Part shown: one piece after another, positions 39,895 to 50,035 of the stretch
Numbering within the stretch: the stretch's first letter is position 1
Layout of the letters: every line of letters begins with the position of its first letter
Origin: Vulcanimicrobiota bacterium
Lineage (GTDB): Bacteria; Vulcanimicrobiota; Vulcanimicrobiia; Vulcanimicrobiales; Vulcanimicrobiaceae
Reading direction: 5' to 3'
Assembly: GCA_963833845.1 (NCBI GenBank)
Contig: CAWHZL010000004.1
Location: forward strand, 1,521-65,520
Length of the DNA: 64,000 bases
Notes under the pieces: generated by a model
Told to the model about the DNA's origin: nothing
What the model saw: the letters and a program-made list of their open reading frames with translations, nothing else
The model's database searches: none
Position numbers and translations under genes: made by a program

Positions 39895-41947
39895 TTAGGA
39901 GAAAACCGCTCGCCAGAAGGCGAGCATGCGGGCGAAAACCGACCGCTGCTGCGGCAGACCGCTGATCGAGTGCGTCTTGCGCGGATAGGGATAAAACTGG
40001 ACTCGCGTCTCGTGCGCCAGGATGAAGCGCTGCAAGAGCTGCATCGTATTGGCCATGTGAACGTTGTCGTCCGAGGTGCCGTGCTGGATCAGCAGTGGAC
40101 CGTTCAGGCGCCCGGCGGCGCGCAGGACCGAGCTTTTTTCGTAGGCGGCTCGGTTTTGCGCCGGTGAGCCCATGTACCGTTCGGTATAGATCGTGTCGTA
40201 GAGGTGCCAATCGGTCACCGGCGCCACGGCGGCGCCGGCTGCAAAGAGCGTGCTGTGCGTCAACGCATAACAGGTTTCATAGCCGCCGAAGCTCCAACCC
40301 CAGATGCCTACCCGTCGCGAGTCAACGTAGGGCAGTGAATCGAGATATCTTGCGCCGATCTCCTGACCGAGCAGCGAGCCCGGCCCGAAATTATGAAAGA
40401 GCAGCCGGACGTTGTCGTCACCGTCAACTTGCGATGCGGGTCCATCGATCGAGAAAACGATGAAGCCTTCGCGCGCCAAGAGCTGATCGTAGAGGCTGCC
40501 GAAGCGGTCGGCCGTCGTCGGCGCATCCGGGCCGCCGTAGACGTACATGACGACCGGCCACTTCTTGGCAGGGTCAAAGTCGGGTGGATCGATCTCGAAG
40601 GCGTCGAGTGGACCATACGCCGACGGCACCTGCAGCATTCGCGCCGGCAGCAGGGCGGCTTTGAGCGAGGCATTTTCGCCGGCCAGACTCTTGCGCCGGC
40701 CCGACGGGATCTCGCCCAGGTCCATCCGCGGCGGATCGTTGAGCCGGCTGTAGCGATCCACGAACCGGTCAAAGGTAGGCGACGGCACGCTTTGATGCCA
40801 TCCCGGCTCCGGCGTCAGGTTACGCAGGCCGCCCTGAGGGGACAGGGCGAGCAACGTCTGGTCGCGGCGCGTCGGATAAGCAGCGCTGAGATAGACGGTT
40901 CCGTCTTTGGCGACCCCATGGATCTCCGCGACGCGATACTCGCCGCTGAGCTTACGGAACGAGCCGTCGGCGCCGCGCACGTAGACGCCGGCGGTCCGCC
41001 GGCGATCGAGCAGCCAGATCGAGCGGCCGCCGGAGATCCAGAACGGCAGCGGTTGGACGTCAACCCAGGTCGAGGAGGTTTGGCGGTAGAGTTGCACCGG
41101 CGTGCCCGCCGCGCCGCGCCACGACTCGACACGCATCGTGCGTTGCCGGCGATCCAATAGCTCCGCTTCGAGCAGCTCGCGGTGCGGAATCCAATCGAAG
41201 TTGGCGAGATACTCGTCGCGCGCTGCCGCGTCGTAAACGAGACGGCTCGTTGCCGTCGCGGCGTTAACGACGCGCAACGTAACGCGCGGATTCGCTTCGC
41301 CGGCGAGCGGATAGCGTTCGTGCGCGACTCGATTGTCGACGGTGAGAAAGTCGACGATCGGAAAGTTCGTGACGCGCCGTTCGTCCATCGTCAGATAGGC
41401 AATCTCGCTGCCGTCGGGAGACCAGCGAAAACCGTGATCGATGCCGAGCTCCTCGGGATAGACCCAGTCGAGCGAGCCGTTGAGCAGCGTATCGGGTATG
41501 CCGCCGCGCGTGACGCGCCTAGTCATAATGCTGCGACCGATCGAGGCGACGTAGAGGTCGGCGTCGCGCGAATAGGCAAGCTCGTCCCCCTGCGGCGCCC
41601 ACTGCGCTTCGTTCAACGTCGTCCGCGATTTTGCGCGGGTGAGGGTTTACGATGCCGGCGGTATAGAGATCGCCCGCGGCTAAAAGGGCGACGCGTTTTC
41701 CGTCGGTTAACCAGCCGGCCACTTCGGGCGTCTCGGCGAACGTCTTGCTGCGCAGCCATACACGCGTCGTGCCGGTGCCGGCGTCGTAAACGAGCAAGGC
41801 GAGATTCTCATTCGGATCCTGGCTGCGCGCAACGTAAAGAAAGCGTCGTCCGTCGGGCGACCACGAGACGCGGTCGATCATCCGTCCCCACGGCGGTTCC
41901 TTCGCGAAGACCGAATCGATCGTGATCGGCGGCGGAGTCGGGAGCAT
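39895..41947 (-). pseudogene. S9B dipeptidyl-peptidase IV-like serine peptidase; frame broken by a 1-nt insertion
   Basis: N-terminal 41947..~41620 (MLPTPPPITIDSVF..WSPDGRRFLY..DLYTAGIV..) and the remainder 41616..39895 (..NEAQWAPQGDELAYSRDADLYV..GWSFGGY..) lie in frames differing by +1. The joined length is about 683 aa. Confidence 0.8.
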
Positions 41948-41950
41948 CTT

Positions 41951-42641
41951 TTAGCGTGGGAGCGAGCGGAGACGCTTGATGATGCGCGGCGTGGGACAGA
42001 GGGCGTTGACCGGACACTGCGGGCAGCGTGGTGTCGGCGCCTTGCAGATCTGGCGACCGTGCAGAATCAGCCAATGCGACGCATCGCCCCATTTGTTCTT
42101 GGGAACGAGCTTCGTCACGTCGTCTTCCACCTGCCGCGGAGTCGTTCCGAGGGTCAGCCCGAGGCGGTGCGAGACGCGAAAGACATGCGTGTCGACGGCC
42201 AGCGCCGCTTCCTGAAAAGCCGCGGACATCACGACGCTTGCCGTTTTGCGCCCGACGCCGGCGAGCGATTCGAGCGATTCGCGGTCGTGCGGCACGCGGC
42301 CGCCGAAGCGTTCGACCAGATCCCGCGCGCAGGCGACGATATTCTTGCTCTTCATCCGAAAGAATCCCGTTCAACTTGATGATGCTCTCGACGTCGGCGA
42401 GATCGGCGCGCGCCAGCTTCTCGGGCGTCGGGTACTTCGCAAAGAGTGCCGGGGTCGTCATGTTCACGCGCACGTCGGTCGTCTGCGCGGAGAGAATCAC
42501 GGATATCAGCAGCTCGAAGTCGTCGTCGTATTCGAGCGCGGTCACCGCTTGAGGATAGGTCCGCTCGAGAATCGCGAGCTCTTCAAGCGCGACCGCACGC
42601 GTAACTTTCTTCACCGGAAACGGGATGCGTGGCACGCCCAT
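41951..42641 (-). pseudogene. nth: endonuclease III (Nth); frame broken by a 1-nt insertion
   Basis: N-terminal part ..FELLISVILSAQTTDVRVN..VESIIKL and C-terminal part GFFRMKSKNIVACA..LAGVGRKTASVV..CPQCPVNALC are in frames differing by +1 around 42366..42374. Confidence 0.85.
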
Positions 42642-42660
42642 TCTTTCTTTTAGATTCGCG

Positions 42661-43593
42661 CTAAGTCCCTTGCAGAGCGATGTCGCCGGCGTCATTGGAA
42701 ATCAATCCGTCGCGTTCGAGAGCCGCGACGACTTGGCGCAGCTCTTCGCTGCTCCGGCCGGGCAGCTGCGGCTGTACCGCCTGCGTCAGGTCGAGCAGCG
42801 AGATGCGTTCGCCGGCCGGCAGCTCTCGGAGGCGGTCGATGATGCGCCCGCGCGCATAACGGCGGCTCTGCTCGAAGGGGATCGCGGCTTGGGGAGGGAG
42901 CCGCTTCGCATTCGCAACTCGCGCGAGCTCGAGCGCGGACGCGTCGATCGGTGCGGCGCTGCAATCGCCGCGCAAGGGACAGAGCAGACACTTCGGCGCG
43001 CGTGCCGTGCAGAGCAATGCTCCCAGATCCATCAGCGCCGAGTTCCAATCGTGGGCGCGCTCGTGCGGGACCAGCGCACGCGCGCGTTCGTCGAGTTGCG
43101 CGGCTCCGGCCACACGCGGATGCTCGAGCCCAAAGAAGAGGCGGTGGACGATGCGGCGGACGTTCGTATCGACCGGGGCGTCGTCGAGGTTGAACGCAAA
43201 GGCGCGAATCGCGGCCAGCGTGTACGGCCCGACGCCGGGCAGAGCACTCAACGCGGCGACTTCCGCGGGCAACGCTCCGCCGTAATCCTCGACGACCGCG
43301 CGTGCGAGGCGGTGCAAACGGACGGCGCGCGAGTTGTAACCGAGTCCTTTCCACTGCCGTAAAACGTCGGCGAGCGGCGCTCGCGCCAGCGAAGCGAAGT
43401 CGGGGAAGCGTTCGACGAAGGCGACGAACCTCGGCACGACCCGGTCGACTTGCGTCTGAGCGAGCATGAACTCGCTCACGACCGTGCGGTAGGGACTGCG
43501 CCCCGTTCGCCAGGGCAGCGACGCGCGGCCCTGGCGCCCGAACCACCGCAAAAGTCGCATCTGGAGGCCCGCCGCGGGGGCCGTCGTCGCCAT
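42661..43593 (-). CDS. mutY: A/G-specific adenine glycosylase (MutY-like HhH-GPD with 4Fe-4S loop, short actinobacterial-type C-terminus)
   Basis: Start at internal ATG (MATTAPAAGLQMRLLRWFGRQGRASLPWR). LPGVGPYTLAAI, VDTNVRR, CTARAPKCLLCPLRGDC. Confidence 0.8.
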   Translation of the reverse strand: MATTAPAAGLQMRLLRWFGRQGRASLPWRTGRSPYRTVVSEFMLAQTQVDRVVPRFVAFVERFPDFASLARAPLADVLRQWKGLGYNSRAVRLHRLARAVVEDYGGALPAEVAALSALPGVGPYTLAAIRAFAFNLDDAPVDTNVRRIVHRLFFGLEHPRVAGAAQLDERARALVPHERAHDWNSALMDLGALLCTARAPKCLLCPLRGDCSAAPIDASALELARVANAKRLPPQAAIPFEQSRRYARGRIIDRLRELPAGERISLLDLTQAVQPQLPGRSSEELRQVVAALERDGLISNDAGDIALQGT

Positions 43594-43653
43594 GACTGCC
43601 TGCGCTTCGCTGCTTTTGTGGGGAACGCTCCCAAACTGGCGAAGCCAAGGGCT

Positions 43654-45102
43654 ATGAGTACACCACGTCAGCTTGATGCCGTCGTCATCGGTGCCGGCCC
43701 CGGTGGCTACCACGTCGCGATTCGGCTCGGTCAGTTGGGCAAGAAGGTTTTGTGCGTCGACCGCGACGAGGTCGGCGGCGTTTGTTTGAACTGGGGATGC
43801 ATCCCGACCAAAGCGCTGCTTCACGTCGGCGAGGTCATCCGCCATATCGAACGCGCCGATGCGCTCGGGCTGACGGTCGCGAAGCCCGAGATCAAGCCTG
43901 AGGGCGTCGCCAAGTTCAAAAACGAAGTCGTCGCCGCAAACGTCGGCGGCGTCAAGACGCTCTTCAAAGCCAACGGCGTCGAGTTCGTTCGTGGTGAGGC
44001 TTCCTTTAAGTCACCGGGCGAGATCGTCATCAAACGCGACGGCGGCGAGAGCGAGAGCGTGAAGGCCGAGTACGTCGTGATTGCGACCGGCTCGGCGCCG
44101 GTCGATGTCAAGGCGTGGCCGCGCGACGGCAAAGTCATCATCAACTCGGACGACGCCGTCAAGCTCGAGCGCGTGCCAAAGAAGCTGCTCGTCATCGGCG
44201 GGGGCGTGATCGGCCTGGAGTTTGCGACGGTGTACGGCCGCTTAGGCGCCGAAGTCTTGGTCGTGGAGATGATGCCGCAGATTCTCACCGGCACCGATCT
44301 CGAGATCGGCAAGACGCTCGGCCGCATTCTCAAAAAGCAAGGCGTCGAGATCATGCTCAACACGAAGGTCCTCGCCCTGGAGCGCAAGGGCGATACCGTG
44401 CGCGCTACGTTCAACGGCGAGGGTACGAACGGCAAAGACGAGACGCGCGAGTTCGACATGGCGCTCGTCGCGGTCGGGCGGCGTCCGGTTACCGACAACC
44501 TCAATCTCGCTGCGGCCGGGCTCTCGACCGACGAGAAAGGCTTCCTCACCACCGATCAGCAGCAGCGTACGAAAGTGCCCAACATCTTTGCGATCGGCGA
44601 CGTTACCGGCGCGCCGCTGCTCGCGCATCGCGCGATGAAACAGGGCGTGATCGCGGCGGAGGTGATCTCCGGCGACAAGTCCGCGGCCTTCGATCCGGTC
44701 GCCGTTCCAAACTGCGTCTACACCGATCCCGAAGTCGCGACGGTTGGCCTCTCCGAAGAGGAGGCGAAGGCCGCCGGCTACGAGGTCCGCATCGGGAAGT
44801 TTCCGCTCGCGGCGAGCGGCCGCGCGCGGACGATGAACGAGAGCGAGGGTCTGCTCAAGCTCGTCGGGGATGCGAAGAGCGATCTGCTCCTAGGGATGCA
44901 CATCGTCGCGCCGCAGGCCGAGTCGCTGATCGGCGAAGGCGTCATCGCGCTCGAGATGGGCGCGACGCTCGAAGACGTCGGACTCTCGGTGCACCCGCAC
45001 CCGACGCTGACCGAAGGCATCATGGACGCCGCCGAAGCCTCGCACGGCAAAGCGATTCATATCGTCAATCCCAAGCCCAAGGCGCCGGTGGCGGCGAGGT
45101 GA
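43654..45102 (+). CDS. lpdA: dihydrolipoyl dehydrogenase
   Basis: Start at internal ATG (MSTPRQLDAVVIGAGPGGY). Redox-active GGVCLNWGCIPTK. Dimerisation-domain HPHPTLTE. Confidence 0.95.
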   Translation: MSTPRQLDAVVIGAGPGGYHVAIRLGQLGKKVLCVDRDEVGGVCLNWGCIPTKALLHVGEVIRHIERADALGLTVAKPEIKPEGVAKFKNEVVAANVGGVKTLFKANGVEFVRGEASFKSPGEIVIKRDGGESESVKAEYVVIATGSAPVDVKAWPRDGKVIINSDDAVKLERVPKKLLVIGGGVIGLEFATVYGRLGAEVLVVEMMPQILTGTDLEIGKTLGRILKKQGVEIMLNTKVLALERKGDTVRATFNGEGTNGKDETREFDMALVAVGRRPVTDNLNLAAAGLSTDEKGFLTTDQQQRTKVPNIFAIGDVTGAPLLAHRAMKQGVIAAEVISGDKSAAFDPVAVPNCVYTDPEVATVGLSEEEAKAAGYEVRIGKFPLAASGRARTMNESEGLLKLVGDAKSDLLLGMHIVAPQAESLIGEGVIALEMGATLEDVGLSVHPHPTLTEGIMDAAEASHGKAIHIVNPKPKAPVAAR

Positions 45103-45759
45103 GCTGCGCGCGGCTACTCGATCTGGGTCTGCGGCCTTACCGTGAAGTCTGGGAGTTACAGCGGCGCTTGCACGAAGCTGTGCGAGACGGGCGCGAACCC
45201 GACACCTGGATCGTCGTCGAACACCCGCCGGTCGTCACGCTTGGCCGCCAGGCGAAGCGGGAGAACCTGCTGCTCTCGCCCGAAGCGCTGTCGGCCCGCG
45301 GCATCGATCTCGTCGAGATCGAGCGCGGCGGCGACGTCACCTATCACGCTCCCGGGCAGCTGGTCGTGTATCCAATTCGCCGGCTCGAACGGTTCCGGGA
45401 AGTGGTGCCGTTGGTAAGATCTCTGGAAGGGGCGGTCATCGAGTGCTGCGCGCGGTTCGGCGTTGCCGGCGTTCGCTGGGGCGAACACGCCGGCGTTTGG
45501 GTCGAAGATAAGAATATCTGCGCGATCGGCCTCGCGGTCAAAGCGGATGGTTTCGATGCACGGCCTCGCGCTCAACGTCGCGACCGAACTGCACTACGAT
45601 CGGCTGATCAATCCTTGCGGATTGACCGATCGCGGCATCACCTCGCTCTCCGCGCAGGCTGGGCGCCCGGTGTCGATTGCCGAGGCGAAACCGCTGCTGC
45701 TCGAAGCGTTGTCGCGCGCGTTCGAGGTCTCGTTCGTCACGGAGCGGATGGTCGCGTGA
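45099..45759 (+). pseudogene. lipB: octanoyltransferase LipB; frame broken by a 1-nt insertion
   Basis: GTG 45099 overlaps the lpdA stop (GTGA). ..VVEHPPVVTLGRQ..RGGDVTYHAPGQLV..KNICAIGLAVK (frame 0), then RMVSMHGLALNV..INPCG.. (frame +1, stop 45757..45759). The break is at or near AAA 45540..45542. Confidence 0.85.
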
Positions 45760-46619
45760 TCCAGGTTGATTTGGTAAGGAAGCCGCCGTGGTTGCGGGTT
45801 TCGCTGCCGAGCGGGCCGGACTACGAGCGGGTGAAGGCGCGGGTCAACGAGCTGTCGCTTCATACGGTCTGCAAGGAAGCGGCCTGCCCGAACATGGCGG
45901 AGTGCTGGGGGGCCGGCACGGCGACGATCATGATTCTGGGCGATCTCTGCACGCGCGGCTGCCGCTTCTGCAACGTCAAGACGGGCAACCCGCGCGGTGA
46001 GGTCGACTGGCTGGAACCGGTCCGCGTCGCCGAAGCCGTACGCGACCTCGGGTGGAAGTATCTCGTCGTTACCGCCGTCGATCGTGACGATCTCGCGGAC
46101 GGCGGCGCATTGATCTTCGCCAATACCGTGCGCGCGATCCACGAGCGCGTGCCTGGTGCACGCGTCGAGATCCTCAGCGGCGACTACCGCGGCGACCTGC
46201 GGGCCGTCAACATCGTGGTCAACGCCAAGCCCGACGTCTTCGCGCACAATCTCGAGACCGTTCGGCGCCTCACGCCACATGTGCGCGACAAGCGCGCGAG
46301 CTACGATCAGTCCCTCAACGTTCTCGCACACGTCAAGTCGAAGGCCCCCGAGCGCTACACGAAGACCTCGATCATGATCGGCCTGGGCGAGGGGCTCGAC
46401 GAGATCGAGACCGCAATGGACGATGCGCGCACGGCCGGGGTCGATATCTTCACGATCGGCCAGTACCTGCAGCCGACCAAGAAGCATCTTCCGGTCGTCG
46501 AGTTCATTACACCGGAGACCTTCAAGCAACTAGGCGATCTCGGTGCGAGCAAGGGTTTCCACCAGGTCGTCTCGAGCCCGCTGTCCCGCAGTTCATATCA
46601 TGCCGAACAAGCATTCTGA
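45756..46619 (+). CDS. lipA: lipoyl synthase
   Basis: GTG 45756 overlaps the lipB stop (GTGA). CKEAACPNMAECW and radical-SAM CTRGCRFC. Confidence 0.93.
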   Translation: MIQVDLVRKPPWLRVSLPSGPDYERVKARVNELSLHTVCKEAACPNMAECWGAGTATIMILGDLCTRGCRFCNVKTGNPRGEVDWLEPVRVAEAVRDLGWKYLVVTAVDRDDLADGGALIFANTVRAIHERVPGARVEILSGDYRGDLRAVNIVVNAKPDVFAHNLETVRRLTPHVRDKRASYDQSLNVLAHVKSKAPERYTKTSIMIGLGEGLDEIETAMDDARTAGVDIFTIGQYLQPTKKHLPVVEFITPETFKQLGDLGASKGFHQVVSSPLSRSSYHAEQAF

Positions 46620-46674
46620 CAATGTGACAACGAGGCGCAACCGTCCGTAATCTGCCCCGGTTGGTACGGCTAGC

Positions 46675-49600
46675 GTGACGAAGGCATTCCTAACCCGACC
46701 GGTCCTCGCGGCGGTCTGCTCCTTAATCATCCTCATCGGCGGCCTGGTCGTAATGCCGACCCTACCGCTGGCGCAGTACCCGCAGATCGCTCCGCCGGTG
46801 GTCACGATCTCGGCCTCGTACGTGGGCGCGGCGCCCGAGGCCGTCGAGGCGCAGGTGACGACCCCGCTCGAGCAGGCGGTCAACACCGTTCAAGGCCTGC
46901 GGTACATCAGCTCGCAGAGCACGCAGGGCGTTTCGACGATCACCTGTACCTTCACGCTCGAAACCAATCTCGACATTGCCGCCGCCGACGTGCAGAACAC
47001 CGTTCAGTCCGCGATCGGCCAGCTGCCGCAGACGGTGCAGCAAGTCGGCGTTCAGGTCACCAAGAACTCCGGCTCGTTCGTCATGGGCATCGCCCTGACG
47101 TCGGACTCCGCGAAGTACGATACCCTCTTCCTGAGCAACTACGCGCAGCTCAACATCGTCAACGATCTCTCGCGCACGGCCGGCGTCTCACAGGTCCGCA
47201 TCTTCGGCCAGCGCCAGTACGCGATGCGCATCTGGGTCAATCCGATCAAGCTCGCATCGCAGGGCCTCGACGCCGGCGACGTCGTGACCGCGCTGCAGGA
47301 GCAGAACGCCGAGGTCGCGACCGGCAGCATCGGCTCCACGCCCGAGTCGAAGAATCAGCCGTACACTTATACGGTCAACGCACTCACGCAGCTCTCGAGC
47401 CCCGACGAGTTCTCAAACATCATCCTGCGCTCGAACCCCAATGGGGGCTACACGCGCCTCGGCGACGTCGCGCGGGTCGAACTGGGCGCCGTCAACTACA
47501 GCACCTCGCTGCGCTTCACCGGCAACAGCAACGTCGTCGGCTTGGGCGTGCTGCAGTACCCGACGGCCAACGCCCTTGCGGTCTCCAAGGGCGTGCTTGC
47601 CGAGATGGAGCAGCTTGCAAAGCAATTCCCCCCGGGCATCCACTATACGGTAGCGTTCAATACGACCGACTTCGTCGCGGAATCGGTGAAGGAAGTCGTC
47701 CTCACGCTGCTTCTTTCCATCGTGCTCGTCGTTTTGGTCATCTACGTTTTCTTACAGAATCCGAAGTCGACGATGATTCCGGCGGTGACGATCCCCGTCT
47801 CGCTGATCGGCACGTTCTTCGTGATGAAGATCTTCGGCTTCACGATCAATACGATCACCTTATTCGGATTAACGCTCGCGACGGGATTGGTCGTCGACGA
47901 TGCGATCGTCGTCATCGAGAACATCGCGCGCCACATCGAGATGAACAAGGGGCGGCAGAGCGGCGTCGCCAGCGCCGCGCAGGCGATGCGTGAAATTCAG
48001 AGCGCGGTCGTCGCCTCGTCGCTCGTACTGCTCGCGGTCTTCATTCCGGTAGCGTTCTTTCCCGGAACGACGGGCCTGCTCTACAAGCAGTTTGCGCTGA
48101 CGATCGCCGCGGCGATTACGATCTCGCTCTTTCAAGCATTGACGCTCGCGCCGGTGATGTCGGCGCGCCTGCTCACCGGCGACGTCGAATCTCAGTTCAT
48201 CTTCTTCCGCTGGTTCAACGCCGGGCTCGCGCGCTTCCGGCGCTGGTACGCGGGAGAGCTGCCGAGAGCGATTCGCTATCGCTGGCCGGTGATGGGTATC
48301 TTCGCGCTCGCGCTCTTGGCGACGCTCTACATGTTCGTGAAGACGCCGACCGGCTTCATCCCGAGCGAGGACCAAGGCTACTTCATCGTCCTGGTTCAGG
48401 CACCGGAGGGCACGTCGCTCGCCGGTGAGACGGCGATCGCCGAAAAAGCCGAGGCGATCATCCGCAGCCAGCCGCAGGTAAAATACCTCTTCGATATCGG
48501 CGGCTTCAGCTTCAGCGGCGCCGCGCCCAACCGCGGCATCATGTTCTGCCTGCTCAAACCGTGGAGCCAGCGCAAGGGCCCCGGGGACGGAATCGACGCC
48601 GTCATCGGGCGCATCAATTTCGCATTCTTTCAACAAGTGCCGCAGGCACAGCTCTTTGCGCTCAATCCGCCGGCGATCAACGGCGTCGGCAGCTTCGGCG
48701 GGTTCCAGTTCGAGCTCGAGGACCGCGGCAACGCCGGGCTTCCCGCGCTGATGAAGACGTCCTACGGCATCATGGGAGCGGCGGCGCAGGATCCCCGGCT
48801 GATGAACGTCTTCACACAGTTCCGCATCAACTCGCCGCAAGTGCAGTTGAACATCGATCGCAACAAGGCCAAGGCGATCGGCATCTCGCTCGGCGACATC
48901 TTCGATACGCTCGAGGTTCAGCTCGCCTCGCTCTACGTCAATAACTTTACGTACCTCAATCGGTCGTGGCAGGTCGACGTGCAGGCCGAGGAACCCTTCC
49001 GCAACCGCGTCTCGTCGCTGGAGAGCCTCTACGTCAGCTCGGGATCGGCGGCTAACAATATTCCGACCGGCACGAATCCCTTTGCAACCGCACCCCCGGG
49101 TGCCGCGACGACGAGCACCAACGCAACGGGCACCGTCATGACGCCGCTGAGCACGCTCGTGCAAATGAAGCAGGTGCTAGCCGCGCCGGTCATCACGCAC
49201 TACAACCTCTACCGCAGCGTCGAGCTCAACGGCAACAACGCGCCCGGGCACGGCTCGGGTGAAGCGATCACCGCGATGGAACAGATCGCGCAGAAAGTGA
49301 TGCCGGCCGGGATGAGCTACGAGTGGTCGGGCCTGCAGCTCGACGAAATCGCGGCGGGAAGCCTGAGCACGATCATCTTTGCGCTCGGCCTCGTCTTCGT
49401 CTTCCTAGTGCTTTCGGCCCAATACGAGAGCTTCATCGATCCGCTGATCGTGCTGCTGGCCGTACCCGCGGCCTTGTTGGGCGCACTCGGATTCATGAAC
49501 CTCCGTCATCTTCCAATCCCGTTCTTGTCCGATCCTAACCTCGCCCAGGACGCCTACGCGCAAGTCGGCTACGTCATGCTCATCGGGCTTGCAAGCAAAA

Positions 49601-49980
49601 GCGCAATTCTTATCGTGGAGTTCGCCAACCAGCAGATGCGCGAAGGCGCGACCGTCGTGCAGGCCGCCTTACGCGCCGCGCAAACGCGGTTGCGTCCGAT
49701 TCTGATGACCTCCATCGCTTTTATCATCGCCGTACTGCCGCTGGTATTTGCAACCGGTGCCGGCAGCGCCGCACGCCACTCGCTGGGCACGGTCGTTTTC
49801 GGCGGCATGTTGGTTTCGACGTTCCTCAATCTCGCGATCACGCCGGTGCTCTACGTCATCATCAAGTCGCTGGAGTTACGCGGAAGGCCGGCAGGACACA
49901 ACGGAAAATCGCGCGACGGCGAGGTGCACGCCGCACAAAACGAAAAGGATTTACAATCGTTTAGCCCAACCTCCGGCTAA
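46675..49980 (+). CDS. RND efflux transporter permease (AcrB/HAE1-like)
   Basis: 1101 aa, 12-TM/two-loop architecture. ..LVVDDAIVVIENI.. motif. No adjacent MFP or OMF gene. Confidence 0.92.
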   Translation: MTKAFLTRPVLAAVCSLIILIGGLVVMPTLPLAQYPQIAPPVVTISASYVGAAPEAVEAQVTTPLEQAVNTVQGLRYISSQSTQGVSTITCTFTLETNLDIAAADVQNTVQSAIGQLPQTVQQVGVQVTKNSGSFVMGIALTSDSAKYDTLFLSNYAQLNIVNDLSRTAGVSQVRIFGQRQYAMRIWVNPIKLASQGLDAGDVVTALQEQNAEVATGSIGSTPESKNQPYTYTVNALTQLSSPDEFSNIILRSNPNGGYTRLGDVARVELGAVNYSTSLRFTGNSNVVGLGVLQYPTANALAVSKGVLAEMEQLAKQFPPGIHYTVAFNTTDFVAESVKEVVLTLLLSIVLVVLVIYVFLQNPKSTMIPAVTIPVSLIGTFFVMKIFGFTINTITLFGLTLATGLVVDDAIVVIENIARHIEMNKGRQSGVASAAQAMREIQSAVVASSLVLLAVFIPVAFFPGTTGLLYKQFALTIAAAITISLFQALTLAPVMSARLLTGDVESQFIFFRWFNAGLARFRRWYAGELPRAIRYRWPVMGIFALALLATLYMFVKTPTGFIPSEDQGYFIVLVQAPEGTSLAGETAIAEKAEAIIRSQPQVKYLFDIGGFSFSGAAPNRGIMFCLLKPWSQRKGPGDGIDAVIGRINFAFFQQVPQAQLFALNPPAINGVGSFGGFQFELEDRGNAGLPALMKTSYGIMGAAAQDPRLMNVFTQFRINSPQVQLNIDRNKAKAIGISLGDIFDTLEVQLASLYVNNFTYLNRSWQVDVQAEEPFRNRVSSLESLYVSSGSAANNIPTGTNPFATAPPGAATTSTNATGTVMTPLSTLVQMKQVLAAPVITHYNLYRSVELNGNNAPGHGSGEAITAMEQIAQKVMPAGMSYEWSGLQLDEIAAGSLSTIIFALGLVFVFLVLSAQYESFIDPLIVLLAVPAALLGALGFMNLRHLPIPFLSDPNLAQDAYAQVGYVMLIGLASKSAILIVEFANQQMREGATVVQAALRAAQTRLRPILMTSIAFIIAVLPLVFATGAGSAARHSLGTVVFGGMLVSTFLNLAITPVLYVIIKSLELRGRPAGHNGKSRDGEVHAAQNEKDLQSFSPTSG

Positions 49981-50035
49981 ACGCCCGATACGCAAAATTA
50001 CCGTTGCTATCGGAGATTTCTCGAGAGGTGCTTGC

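Noticed and set aside
44115-46619. 834-aa ORF spanning lpdA, lipB and lipA.
   Set aside because: It is an artefact. Its first part is an alternative frame of lpdA. It then picks up the lipB N-terminus and, because of the lipB frameshift, runs open into lipA. The real genes are lpdA (43654..45102), lipB (broken) and lipA (45756..46619).
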